Below, one piece after another: positions 25,453-38,487 of a stretch of DNA of 64,000 bases (within the stretch, counting starts at the first letter, position 1; each line of letters opens with the position of its first letter). The stretch comes from Octopus sinensis (lineage: Eukaryota): contig NC_043000.1 of assembly GCF_006345805.1 (NCBI RefSeq), positions 160,084,001-160,148,000 on the forward strand, in the 5' to 3' direction. Made by a program: the position numbers and the translations under genes. The notes beneath the pieces were generated by a model. The model did not search any database, had not been told where the DNA came from, and worked only from the letters and a program-made list of their open reading frames with translations.

Positions 25453-26704
25453 TACAAACGCATACACACATAGATCTATTCATAGGTACATAGTTTCATA
25501 CATACATACATAAATACTGCGGTCCACATAAAATGGTAACCCACATAATTACGTACGATTCATACATCAACTTTCTTGTGTTTTTTTGTTTTTTTTGCCT
25601 GTCTTGACTTTCTATCTCCATCAATCAGTCTTCTCTACGCTACGGTTACTGTAAATACCTCCACTTACCTGATTTAATAAACTATCCACTAACATTGTCA
25701 ATTTGTAATCGATTCACCTGTTGGGTAAAATTTTTTCCATCAATCCACTCACCCAGACCAACAAATTTCCTACGGTTTCTCCAGAATATTTTGTCTAATG
25801 GAACTTTAAGAATTATGCGAAATTGTTCAGTCTGAGAGCATTATGGATACTATTGCCATGAAATATATTGGATTCAAATTTTGGTAAAACGGGAAGGAGT
25901 AAATCGATTAAATTGAACTCAGTGCACAACTGGTACTTATTTTGTCGACACACAGACAATGAACGGCAAGGTCATTCTCAGTGGCATTTAAACTCAGAAC
26001 GCAATGTCGGATGGAATGTTGCTAAACATTTTATCCGGCTCGCAATTGATATTCGCCGCTTTAGTGCTATGAAATATATTGATTTAAAATTTTGGCACAA
26101 GTCAATAATTTGGGGGGAAGGGACAAGTCACCGACTCCGAAATGCAAAGTGAACCTCAATGGAATTTGAACTCAGAATGCGTGAAGACGGACGATGTGTC
26201 TTAAACCTAACCCTAATCTTCACCCTAACGCTGCTTTGCTACTATGAAATACATTAACATATAAATAATGCAGGAATATATTTCTGTTATGTACAATTGC
26301 AACTGAATATTATTTACAGTTCATTTATTAATTTAACTATCACTAAATTTTTTTCCATATCTCTTTTGCCACACTGACTACAAAATTTTCAAAAAATAAA
26401 TAGCATTAAATACGCTTCACACACATACACACATACACCACTTACTTATACATTCTAGGAGACATAAATTTGTGTACAAATACATTATATTTTGTGTGAT
26501 ATTTATGTTTATGTATATAACATAAGAAATATATCAGAACACTTATTAAAATATTAAACTGATAGCGATCGCAAACTTTAATTTTGCTTGGACTACACTC
26601 AGCATTCGCGTTTGAACAAACAAATGGCAGAAAAGTGAATATATGAACAAATACGTTTCATATACCTTTCATACATAAAAGTTTATATACACACTTATAT
26701 ATTT

Positions 26705-26960
26705 TTTCCTTTACTAGTTTCTGCATGAGAGCTGCAGCCATGCTGGAGCATCATCGTTAGCCTTGCTAAACATTCACCACTTGAAACCTTATGTGATATG
26801 TGGCATTTGTTGAATGAGGGAGTAATGTTGCTGCCTGCATCTTGTCTCAAGGTAGGTTCATCCAGAACACTTGACAAGAGCAGATCCAATTTTGTTTTCA
26901 GAACAATTACATCCACCACATGTAGGCCTCTCAGACGTTTTGGGAGGGCACTGTATGACG
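26705..26960 (-). mobile_element. 3' fragment of a CR1/L2-type LINE
   Basis: ORF 26695-26967 contains LPKRLRGLHVVDVIVLKTKLDLLLSSVLDEPT, homologous to the C-terminal region of the 10255 and 50356 elements; tail gatgctccagcatggctgcag...gaaactagt. Confidence 0.75.
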
Positions 26961-27292
26961 AAATCATATATACTAGTGGAGAAACAGACTCGGAAAAAGA
27001 GGAACGCCGAGCCGGCCTAACTGATGATGGCTACGGAAATTGCCCAAACTGATGTCAGTTTTAAGAATACTCGGTCGGCATTTTTCGGACAGTTATGGTC
27101 CCTGTTAGTGTATGTGTTTTCATTCATGTGCGTTAACTAAAGCAGTAGAGCCTCTTAGCTCTTATTTCTAGCAATATAGGTTTTTTTAACACCCTGCTAA
27201 CATTTCAGTGACAATTTTGGAGGAACATTGCAACCTACTGTTTATATACACACACACACACACACACACACCACACACACACACACACACAC

Positions 27293-27347
<55 letters not shown>

Positions 27348-27828
27348 CGAGAGAGAGAGAGACAGAAAGAGATCGACAGATAGATAGGGAGACAGACAGA
27401 CTGATTGATAGATATGTGTGTGTACATCTATGAAATCATACTCTGTGTTCTTGCGAATAAACACAAAATATATAATAAAAGCATACAAGTCTTACTGATG
27501 TGTAAACTTGTTCACAATGGTTAAAACTGCCGTCGTCGTCGTCGTCATAGTCCTCAACTTTATCAATTCAAAATATATAACAAAAGATTAGAAATAGTTA
27601 CAAGATCAAGTAAATTCACTTTAAATTGAAGAAATAAACTTTTCTTGGTATATTGTTGTGTTTCTGCACGACCGACTTTTCAAGTCTATTTATCTAAGTG
27701 AAATTTAGTTTTCACAACTTCTGTTCATACGTACGTGATTCAATTTCATGTCTGCCAGTCGATTTAGCCACACAGTTAACCAGAAGCTAATCCCACCTCT
27801 TTCCTCACACATCCATAATGTATATTTG

Positions 27829-27925
<97 letters not shown>

Positions 27926-27974
27926 TATATATATGCATGTTTGTATATATATACGTATATATATATTATATACG

Positions 27975-28029
<55 letters not shown>

Positions 28030-28329
28030 TACATACGTATATGTATATATGTGTCTCCGTGTGAGTGTGTCTGAATGTATGTATGTGTGTGTAGAAGGTT
28101 GAGAAGGAACGCACGAGTTAATATGTATAAGGAGTATGAGGCCAGAAAGAAAATGCAAAAATGCTGAAGAACATCAGTCTTTGTGACTTTTACATAAAGA
28201 CAATTAAATTGCGGGAAAATACAATGAAATGTTCTTTTTTAAATATTTCCATAGTTTTCAAATATAAGGGACATTTTTTATTTTTGTATCTTTCTATTCT
28301 CTCCCATTTCTTACTTTTGTGAAGACTTG

Positions 28330-28470
28330 GTGAATGAGGAGATGTGAGCTATGAAAGTGGTAGTGTTACCAGGAGTAGGGCTGACTGGACACAGGGTGAA
28401 GCTTAGTCAAGCTTGGCTGGGCAACCAGGATGATGATGCGGGATTGTTGTAAATCTCGAAATCACCAAGT
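28330..28470 (+). repeat. Second copy of the 21860-21960 segment (putative HERO-like 3' UTR)
   Basis: gatgaggagat.tgagctatgaaagtggta ... tagtcaagc.tgg.tgggcaacca..atgatgatg...gattgttgtaaa shared. Confidence 0.7.
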
Positions 28471-28544
28471 AGTTGTTTTTGCCTGTTTCTGTCTCTCTTG
28501 TTTACTCTTGAGGGTTTGAGGTCGTTGTGAATTCTTGGTAGGGA

Positions 28545-28632
28545 AGAAGAAGAAGAAGAGAAGAAGAAGAAGAAGAAGAAGAAGAAGAAGAAGAAGAAGA
28601 AGAGAAGAAGAAGAAGAAGAAGAAGAAGAAGA
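28545..28632. repeat. (GAA)n microsatellite
   Basis: Direct inspection. Confidence 0.95.
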
Positions 28633-29009
28633 ATGAGGGAGTGCCATGATAGTAGTATGTTAAATGGTCAAGTGTCCTGAAAGTGACCCGTTGTGTTTGA
28701 ATCCCTGAGACATCTCTTTTGAATGTTTTGTTTATAAAATTTGCGTAGGTGTTATTCTGAACAGCAATAGTGGTAAAGTTAGGAAGGAGACGAAGAAGAA
28801 GAAGAAGAAAGAGAAAGGAGTAAAAGAAGGATAAATATTATGATAGTAGTGAGGGGTTAAATGGTCAAGTGACCTAAAAGTGACTCGTGATGGATTAAAG
28901 CAGTGATTGGGACGGTTTTTTAATGAATTCTTGGGAATCTCTTGAGTGTATCATTTTTAATATTTGCGTGTGTATTTGTGTTATTCCAAGGCCGTGGTAA
29001 ATATGTCGT

Positions 29010-29734
29010 TTGTTGTAGACGCGTTGAAAAGGGGTCTGTATTTTCTAATAAAGAATGTTGGCTACAGGATGTATCATCTCTGAATTGGTAGAGCGGCGAA
29101 ATTCTGAAGCCTGGATTTTTGTTATTGGCGCAAATGTGGATGTGTTGGCTGAATTCTATTTTTCTGTTTTAGGGAATTTTAATTTGGGATCTGTGCAGAG
29201 CCATCCTTTGGCGTTGACTGATTTCTCTCTGGGCTATGTATTGCTCTTGACACCCAGAGCAGGTTGTGCATATATCAGGTCCTCCGAAGCACATGTGAAG
29301 CTGCTTTTAACTGTGAATAGTTGTCCTTATTTGAAGGAGAACTCTGACTCCTCAATGAAATTGACGCATATCCCACAGTAGGGGCTTCCACATTTTTTTA
29401 CTGACGGCTTCTGTGTTGTTGTTAGGAGACTTTTCATAGAGTTGGGTTTTCTCTTGCTTTTTATGATGTTGTGTGTTTGGAGGATTAAGTTCATTCTGTG
29501 GTCCTTTTTTAGCACGGTAATATTTTGAAGGATGGTGTGGAAAGCTTCATTGTTGAGAGGGTTGTGTGTGGCGATCTATGATAGTGCTTTTGGTTGTAAA
29601 TCCTTCTTTAATTTGGGATGTCTGAATCCTTAGATGTTGAATTGAAGGGCACGTTGTAAACATATGTCAATTAGTGAAGTGGGGTAGTTCCTGGTGATGA
29701 ATATATCTTTTAGTTCATGTAGTCGTGTGTCTCT
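29010..29734 (-). pseudogene. Penelope-like element C-terminal remnant with a GIY-YIG endonuclease
   Basis: Minus translation, with frameshifts and stops: KKCGSPYCGIC ... FTVKSSFTCASEDLIY..TCSGCQEQYIAQ...QRQRMALHRSQIK...FSQHIHIC...FIRKYRPLFN, i.e. the Cys-rich linker plus GIY-YIG motifs typical of PLEs. Confidence 0.75.
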
Positions 29735-30038
29735 GGAATTTGAACTCAGAACTTAAAGTCAGACGGAACACTACTAAGCATTTCGCCCGGTGTGCTAATG
29801 TTTCTTATTTCTTTATTGCCCACAAGGGGCTAAACATAGAGGGGACAAACAAGGACAGACAAATGTATCAAATCGATTACATTGACACCAGTGCGTAGCT
29901 GGTACTTAATTTATCGACTCCGAAAGGATGAAAGGCAGAGTCGACCTCGTCGGAATTTGAACTCAGAACGTAACGGCAGACGAAATGCCGCTAAGCATTT
30001 CGCCCAGCGTACTAACGTTTCTGCCAGCTCGCCACCTT
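29735..30038 (-). mobile_element. Family B SINE (full copy plus partial tandem head)
   Basis: ggaatttgaactcagaac...gcatttcgccc occurs twice; tail tttctttattgcccacaaggggctaaacatagagggg. Confidence 0.85.
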
Positions 30039-31080
30039 GAAAATCGCAGCTATATTAAGTTATCAAACAACTATTGCAATAGCTGACAGCTTCATTTGCA
30101 TATTTGTGCATCTTGGCATCTGGTCATTAATAACACAACCTAAATATTCACTTGGCAATTAGATAAGAGTGGACTATATTATGCTGATGACATTTAAAAA
30201 AACAAACAAAATGTGCCCGTAATTTTATCTTCCCTATAAACAACTGTAAGAACATTAAAGCTGATGGCTTGATTTCTACTTGTTTCCTCCAAATTGTCGT
30301 TACAATTCACTATTACACATGTTCAGCTAAATGAGAAATTTCTATATCATAATTCTTTTATTATAGCATTCATTATGCCACGTCTTATCATACCTGTTCA
30401 AATACATGCCACAGGAGCTGTGGAGTTACTTGGGTAAGATCTATGACATCTGTTTCACACATATTTATTTAGATAGTCAAATAAATATGTAAATAGCCCT
30501 TTACTCACCAAATTATCTACGTGATCGTAAATATATATATGCAAGTGCACGCGCCTGAGTGTCTATATATATGCATTTGTTTGTGTGTGTGTATGTATTT
30601 GTTAATATGCGTTTTGAAAATAGAGTGTTTGCGAAGGGTTGAAATAAATAAGGTGAGAATTCATCACTGCATGTATAATGTTAGTGTACACATACAATAG
30701 AGAACCAATGAGATGAGAGTGAACCTTGATATAGAACGAATAAGATCTAGTATACGGGAGAGAAAATTCGGTGGCCCCTGTATTTGATGCATACTAAAAA
30801 GCACTGACGTCCTAAGGCACAGGGAAACTGAACAGTTGATCTCAGACCCCGAACCTTGGACGAAATAATAATGTACGTGATGTTGCGATTCTACTATAAA
30901 GTTTATGAAGCTGTAATTTCAAAGACACTAAAACAGGTGCATTCCAGAGTAACTTTCATTTTAAAGACGAAAGTTTTTCAATCTCAGGTTTATTAAATAG
31001 AGTTTATAACATCTTTAGTGAACTAGGTTAGGTGGAAGAGTTGAATTTACTCTCAATAGCAAGAACAATCTTAAACATCC

Positions 31081-31084
31081 ATCC

Positions 31085-31171
<87 letters not shown>

Positions 31172-31172
31172 G

Positions 31173-31251
<79 letters not shown>

Positions 31252-31254
31252 CGA

Positions 31255-31310
<56 letters not shown>
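31081..31310. repeat. (ATCT)n followed by (CT)n and (TA)n
   Basis: Direct inspection; source of the IYLS-repeat ORF. Confidence 0.95.
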
Positions 31311-31315
<5 letters not shown>

Positions 31316-31351
31316 CATACATGTGTAGTCTTACAAAAGCATTCGCTTATT

Positions 31352-31550
31352 TCTTTTATCTTTATTTGTTTCAGTCATTTGACTTCGGCCATGCTGGGTC
31401 ACCGCCTTAAGTCGATCAAATCGACACCAGGTCTTCTTTGTAAGTCTAGTACTTATTCTATCGGTCTCTCTCGCTGAACCACTATGTTACGAGGACATAA
31501 ACACACCAGCATCGGGTGTCAAGCGATGTTGGGGGGGGGGGGGGCAAACG

Positions 31551-31585
<35 letters not shown>

Positions 31586-31746
31586 GACGGGGTTCTTTCA
31601 GTTTCCTTCTACCAAGTCCACTCACAAGTGTTTGGTCGGCCCGAGGCTATAGTAGAAGATACCTGAACAAGGTGCCACGCAGTGGGACTGAACGCCGAAC
31701 CAAATGGTTGTTAAGCAAGCCACTTACCACACTGCCACTCCTGCGC
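31352..31746 (-). mobile_element. tRNA-derived SINE, family A
   Basis: Reverse complement starts gcgcaggagtggcagtgtggtaag and is colinear with 37013-37393. Confidence 0.85.
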
Positions 31747-31749
31747 ATT

Positions 31750-31980
<231 letters not shown>

Positions 31981-33984
31981 CACACAAAATACACACACAT
32001 ACACGCATACACACATTCATATATGTCTGTATGTATAGAACATATATGTATATGCTTGTTTATGCGTGAGTGTGCGTATGTATTTACATAGAAATCTACA
32101 AATGATATTCAATCGCTTATACACAAACGCACATACCAACGGATGCAAACAAACATAGTCATATATCTCATCACACACACACGTACGCATACTCATACGC
32201 ACTCTCACATACATTTCTATGCGCACATAGATCTATGTCCGTGCGTTTATGAAACTGTTAGGAAAGGAAGCGGTATGCGTGCCAAATTACTGCCTCTGTA
32301 AAACGACTCTGTGATACATTTCCACATGACTAACTGCTATCTATTGGCGGAAGATTTTAGGCGCCCTCTTGTCAAATGCCAAGGCTTCGTAAGTGCAGAA
32401 ACAATTTGCTCAGCCGGAAATAGTGAAACATAATTCGTCCTAAGCTAGTGACCAATTTGATGGCGTAATGCTGTAGCAAACATCAGTAATTTAGCTGGCG
32501 ATTGACTGATTTTGAATGAGTTGTTCCGACGACTGTTGCATCTTAACGCTTGAACCCTTTCTAGTCTCTTTAATGATTCTCTAAGTCGATGTTCAATGGG
32601 ATTTGCTGCTGTGTAACTTTATATGCTTGAAAATTCCTGAGGGTTTCTTCCAGAAGCTGAAGCGTATCTCTGGTGTCATGATCGTAAGCCCCTAAGAAAT
32701 ATATTATCGCCTGGCTTGTCATAGGTAACGGTTCCAGATTTTCTTGTACCTATACTTATAAATTATCTAAATTATGGTATATATGCAATGGCTGAAAATT
32801 GATTAGGCAGAAAAGGTAGGAAGGTTCCCATAATTTTTTTGAAAACCGTTTTAGAGTAGTGATATTGAATCGGTCAATATTCACAGTGAAAATATGGAAG
32901 GGAAAATATGGGTACAGAGAGATTTAGAGTTTACAAAGGTGTGAGTTTGTCTTACCTAATCCAAGCAGTACCTAGTGGTATTAAACTGTTATGTATTAAA
33001 CTATTATATCTTCTTACCAATCCATATAGGGAAAAGTTTACTTCATCCGAACTTTGACAACGGCATCCCACTGCGAATATTCTTGTTAGTTGTTGGTTTT
33101 ATTGGTGTGATTATTTAGCCCCAGTTTAACCCGCATGGAATCTGCTCTAGATCAACAGTATGATTTGAAAATATTGTAGCCATTATTTCTAGTAGTTAAG
33201 TGGAAGCAAACTTGTCGGCAGGATATTTTGAGTTAACAAATGCTCTAGTGTAGTTACAATTCAGCGTCTGGAATATGATGAGAAAAAGCAGCGACATGGT
33301 AGAATTGTTAGAACGTCTGCCATACGATATTTACTCCGGCTGCCAGCAATATAATGTCTAATCTCACTGACATCTACTTTTGCTTTCATCCTTTCAATGT
33401 TACTATAACAGTTCGCAACAGTAGCCTGTCGGAACTGCTCGATCGTCGGATGAGTTACTTTGCGGTATATTTTTCATCTGTTTGTATTTTGATTTTAAAT
33501 TAATGCCTCATATCATCAGAATGCAACGTTTTAGAAGGAGAGATGGAATGATTGCAATAAGAGCTCCGTTGCATGAATACACATAAATTGAGGCTTTGAA
33601 GTGAAGTGCACTACACACATGGAAACACATGCAGACACACACATACACCCCCTACATACCCAGAAACAACAAACGTGTAGAACGCCAATCAAATCTACCT
33701 TTACTTAGCAAATCTCTGAACTGAAGCTGTTGCAGGCATTTCCATTCGGTTTGAATTTTCTGCGCTATCGATGACTTCATTGTAAAACTGTCCTTCAATT
33801 TTTAAGCCCGGATCATCTGGAAACTTGTTTTAAGCATTTCCCACTGTAAACCATTCATTATATTTTCATCTTTTCTTAATTATTCAAAGTGAGTTATTGC
33901 TGGTTGAATTATTTCTTCTGGTAAGTTTTAGTCTATTTCTCTCCCTCACACTTTCACTATGCATATGTAGAAAGATAGCTTGAC

Positions 33985-34065
<81 letters not shown>

Positions 34066-34434
34066 CCTACATACATACATATGTGTGTGTATGTATATAT
34101 ACATATATATAATACACTTGCCTGTCGCTGATCTATTTAGATAATATATATATATAGTCCATAGATGAGATCCAGGGATAACTATATAGAAGACGCTTAG
34201 TAGTGCTCATTTCATACCCTACGTATTATTTCTCTCTATATAAAATCCTTTGTCTTTCTGTCTATTTCTTATGCATTCTGAAACAGCTCAACCAAATCAA
34301 ATCTAATTTTACAAGGTAATAGTATTACACCGCACTAGTGTGTCAACATGTAATTTTTCTTTTCATTCTGATTAAAACATCATAACATTCTCTCGATTAC
34401 AATCTTTCTATAGCAAGCTATAGTAACAGACAGT

Positions 34435-34935
34435 TTATACGACGACGACGACGTCACATTTTATACATGAGTGTGTATGTGCCTGTGACTATTTGCGTCT
34501 GTTTGTGCGTTCGTTACGTACGGCATAGTAATGGACATTTTATACGACGACGACGACGTTGATGCATTTTGGATGAGTGCGTATGTGTCTGTCAGTGTAC
34601 GACTGTTTGCGCGTTCGATGCGTACGGCATAGTAAAGGACATTTTATACCACGATGAAGACGACGACACATTTTGTATATGAGTGTGTATGTATCTGTCA
34701 ATGTGTATGTGTTCGTTACGTGCGAGATAGTAAAAGAAATTGTATACCACCAACACCACGACACATTTTTGTATTTGAGTGTATATGTGTGTGTGAATGC
34801 GTGTTTGCGCGTTCGTTACGCACGGGTAGGTAAAGGAGATTTTATGTCACTACCACCACCACCACCACACATTTTGTATATGAGTGTGTATGTGTCTGTA
34901 AGAGTGTGTGTACTTGCGCGCTCGCTACGGAAATG
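34435..34935 (+). repeat. Degenerate minisatellite, about 100-bp unit, about 5 copies
   Basis: Units start at about 34435, 34540, 34644, 34741 and 34841: tatac(gac/cac)n, cacatttt, tgagtg..tatg, gcgttcgttacg, tagtaa.gga.att. Confidence 0.8.
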
Positions 34936-35109
34936 TATGTCTCTGCGTGTCTCTGTTAGTATATGTATGTGAGTGTATGTGAGAGTGAATGTGTTTGTCA
35001 GTGAATGTGAGAATGTATGTATGGTTGTCAATTACACTGATGTATACTGACTATGTGAAGCAGCTGTACTCGCTCCAACTAATGAAATGTTTGATAATTT
35101 GATAAACTC

Positions 35110-35796
35110 AATCATGAATTTCAAAAGTTAACACAGGCATCAAAAATGACTTTTCCATGAATCCACGCAACAGTCGATCAACGTCAGTCTGTTCAGTACT
35201 CTGTTGAGTTTCTGAACACACTTAAACCAACCGGGATGCCACCAGATAACTTGGCACTTAAGCTGGGCGCTCCCGTTATGTTGCTTATGAATCTTGAACC
35301 ACATCGCCTGTGTAATAGAACTCCATGAAGCCCCATGTCCTATAGCGACAATAACAACATGTAGTCATAAAGAAGAGAATGTCTGTATTCCAAAATTTCC
35401 TCTCATAATATATGTTCCATTTGAATTTAAGAGGCATCTTTTCCAGTCAAACTAAGCTTTGGTATTTCAATTAACAAATCTCAGAGTCAATCCCTCAAGG
35501 TAGTTGGACGTCATCTCTCTACTAGATGCTTCGCCCAAGGCCAACTCTATGTTGGTTGCTCATGAGTTGGAAGCATCAACAATTTATTAATTTGGACACC
35601 ATCAAAAACTTACACAATGAATATTGTTTACCCTGAGGTACTTCAAGATTGAGAGATTTTTCAGTTGTAAACAAACATTATCATTACAGTTTGGATGTAT
35701 TTTTAATAAAATATAGATATTTTAAAATAAATCTGTTTTTAGTCTAATCTGAATAAAAAGAGATGTAACCTGAGCAACGCCGTGTAATTCAGCTAG
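35110..35796 (+). mobile_element. 3' end of an autonomous-type Helitron (decayed PIF1-like helicase plus terminus)
   Basis: YSVEFLNTLKPTGMPPDNLALKLGAPVMLLMNL and PVKLSFGISINKSQSQSLKVVG...GQLYVGCS*VG...NIVYPEVLQD*; terminal cctgagcaacgccg...CTAG|T at 35793-35797. Confidence 0.85.
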
Positions 35797-36035
35797 TATT
35801 TAATATAATTAATATATTTAATGTATCTAATCTGTGTATCCGCATAATTCTCTCTCTCTCTTTACACACACAGACAACAAACATATATATATATATACAC
35901 ACACGCTCACATACACACACACACACATATATATATATATACATAATACACACACACGCCCACACATATCGTTGCTATTATATTAAACTGCCGTATGTCC
36001 AAATTTAGCTAAATGCGGTTTTCAATATATATTTT

Positions 36036-36535
36036 TGTCCTCCCCCACCCACCAACGCTTGACAATCTATGTTGGTGTGTTTACGTCCCCGTAACTTAAT
36101 AGTTCGGCAAAAGTGACTGATAGAATGAGTACTTGTGTCGCATTCTTTGACTAAAACCCTTTAAAGTGGTGCTCCAGCATAGCCGCAGTCAAATGACTAA
36201 AACAAGTAAAAGAATGCGACACAAGGAGTTATTCGTTGTAAGACAAGTACTCATTCTATCAGTCACTTTTGCCGAATTGTTAAGTTACGGGGACGTAAAC
36301 ACACCAACATAGATTGTCAAGCGTTAGCGGGTGGGGGAGGATAAGCAGAGACACACACAACCACACACATATGTACGACAGAACTTTTTCAGTTTCCGTC
36401 TAACAGATCCACTCACACGGCTTTGGTCAGCCCGAGACTATATTAGAAGACGCATGCGAAAGGTGACACGCAGTGGGACTGAACCAGTAACCATGTGGTT
36501 GGGGATGAAGCTTCTTACTATATAGCCACGCCTAA
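36036..36535. mobile_element. Inverted pair of family A SINE sequences (partial plus copy 36036-36210; minus copy 36243-36535)
   Basis: About 100-bp arms 36036-36136 / 36243-36343 share private variants relative to the other family A copies in the window. Confidence 0.85.
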
Positions 36536-36536
36536 G

Positions 36537-36610
<74 letters not shown>

Positions 36611-37012
36611 TTATTGGGCAAGGCGGGTTTCTCGTTACAAAGGTTACCTTTATGGCGTATCTTTAGCCTCTAAAATCTGTTGCCCTATGGCCCCCTTAAA
36701 ATATGGAAGGGAAAACGGATATAAAGAAAGGGGATTATCTCCCTTAGATGCTAGTCATCGGCTTCGGCTGTGTCGTCATCCGTCAGTCACGCCACTCGTC
36801 GGTTATGAGGGTAAAAATTAGGGGTTTGTCCCCTACTCTCATCAGCCGTTAATTTCCAGCTATGGTATAATTACCACCAAAACCGCTATTATCGCTGTTA
36901 TGCGGTTCCCAAAACGCTAACAGGAATCTCCTGAATTGCATAAAATGTGATTTTTAAATATTATGTTACACAATATACCTTTTAACAACTTTAATTTTAA
37001 GGAAAATGGACA

Positions 37013-37393
37013 TAGGCGCAGGAGTGGCTGTGTGGTAAGTAGCTTGCTAACCAACCACATGGTTCCGGGTTCAGTTCCACTGCGTGGCATCTTGGGCAAG
37101 TGTCTTCTGCTATAGCCTCGGATCAACCAAAGCCTTGTGAGTGGATTTGGTAGACGGAAACTGAAAGAAGCCCGTCGTATATATGTATATATATATGTGT
37201 GTGTGTGTTTGTGTGATTGTGTTTGTCCCCCTAGCATTGCTTGACAACCGATGCTGGTGTGTTTACGTCCCCGTCACTTAGCGGTTCGGCAAAAAAGACC
37301 GATAGAATATGTACTGGGCTTACAAAGAATAAGTCGACTAAAGGCGGTGCTCCAGCATGGCCGCAGTCAAATGACTGAAACAAGTAAAAGAGA
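37013..37393 (+). mobile_element. tRNA-derived SINE, family A (near full length)
   Basis: A-box/B-box head (gtggctgtgtggtaag; ggttcagttccac), cttgggcaagtgtctt core, internal microsatellite, LINE-like 3' tail. Confidence 0.9.
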
Positions 37394-37524
37394 GTATAGG
37401 ATAGACGACAATATGTGCCTTATGAATGCATTTCAACACCATAGAGACCGGACTGAAGGCCGCGACGCCCGCTAGTATATTATTATAACACATATGATTG
37501 GAGCATAGAACGAAAGCATTCAAT

Positions 37525-37598
<74 letters not shown>

Positions 37599-38123
37599 TT
37601 TACATTTGTTATGGCCTCGACTGTCAGGAAAATATTACTAGTTGCAGGTGTTATGTACGATTATGTAATAATTATATAAATCACATTTTATGCAAGGTAA
37701 GACATGTCGGCCAGGTACTCTAATATTGTTATTAAGAGACTGAAACTGAAACATGAGAAATATGTTCCAAATTGGAAACAACATAGTAGTCTAGAATATT
37801 TTGTCAATGCTGTAATTGTGTTTCCATAGTGAATAATCGTGAAATATTTATAAAAACAACTTAGTCATCATTAGATATGTGTTCTATGCGCATGAGATGT
37901 AATGTTTTGCAATACTGCTATTATTATTATCAACACCAGGTTGTATAAAACTATGACTAATGTGATTACAAATAAGATCATCTCTTTAATACGGAATGAT
38001 AAAGTAAGGATACCTCTTGTTACAGCAGGATTTGAGGTACGTGTAACTACTAATTCTAGTTAGACGAGTAATTATTTAAAAGAGCCCACCATTTTCAGAT
38101 AGTTTATTATTTCCTCTAACTGA

Positions 38124-38290
38124 AGGTGGTGAGCTTGCAGAATCATTAGCACGCCGGACAAAATGCATAACGGCGTTTCTTCTGGCTTTGCGTTCTGCGT
38201 TAAAATTCCACCGAGGTCAACTTTGCATTCATCCTTTCGGAGTCATTGAGATCAGAACCAGCTGGACATTAGAATCGATGAGACGTTTCA
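38124..38290 (+). mobile_element. Family B SINE (diverged)
   Basis: aaggtggtgagcttgcagaatcattagcacgccgg.caaaatgc...aaattccaccgaggtcaactttgc.ttcatcctttcgg. Confidence 0.7.
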
Positions 38291-38390
38291 GGCCATGGGC
38301 CTATAATGCAAAAGATTATTATTTCCTAATTGGCGCTATTTAAAGGAATCTAGATTGCTGTACCACCATTGTATGATAGCAAGTTCCCTG

Positions 38391-38487
<97 letters not shown>

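Noticed and set aside
27015-27060. CTGATGA...GAAA
   Set aside because: Only a 2-bp stem II and no stem I pairing.
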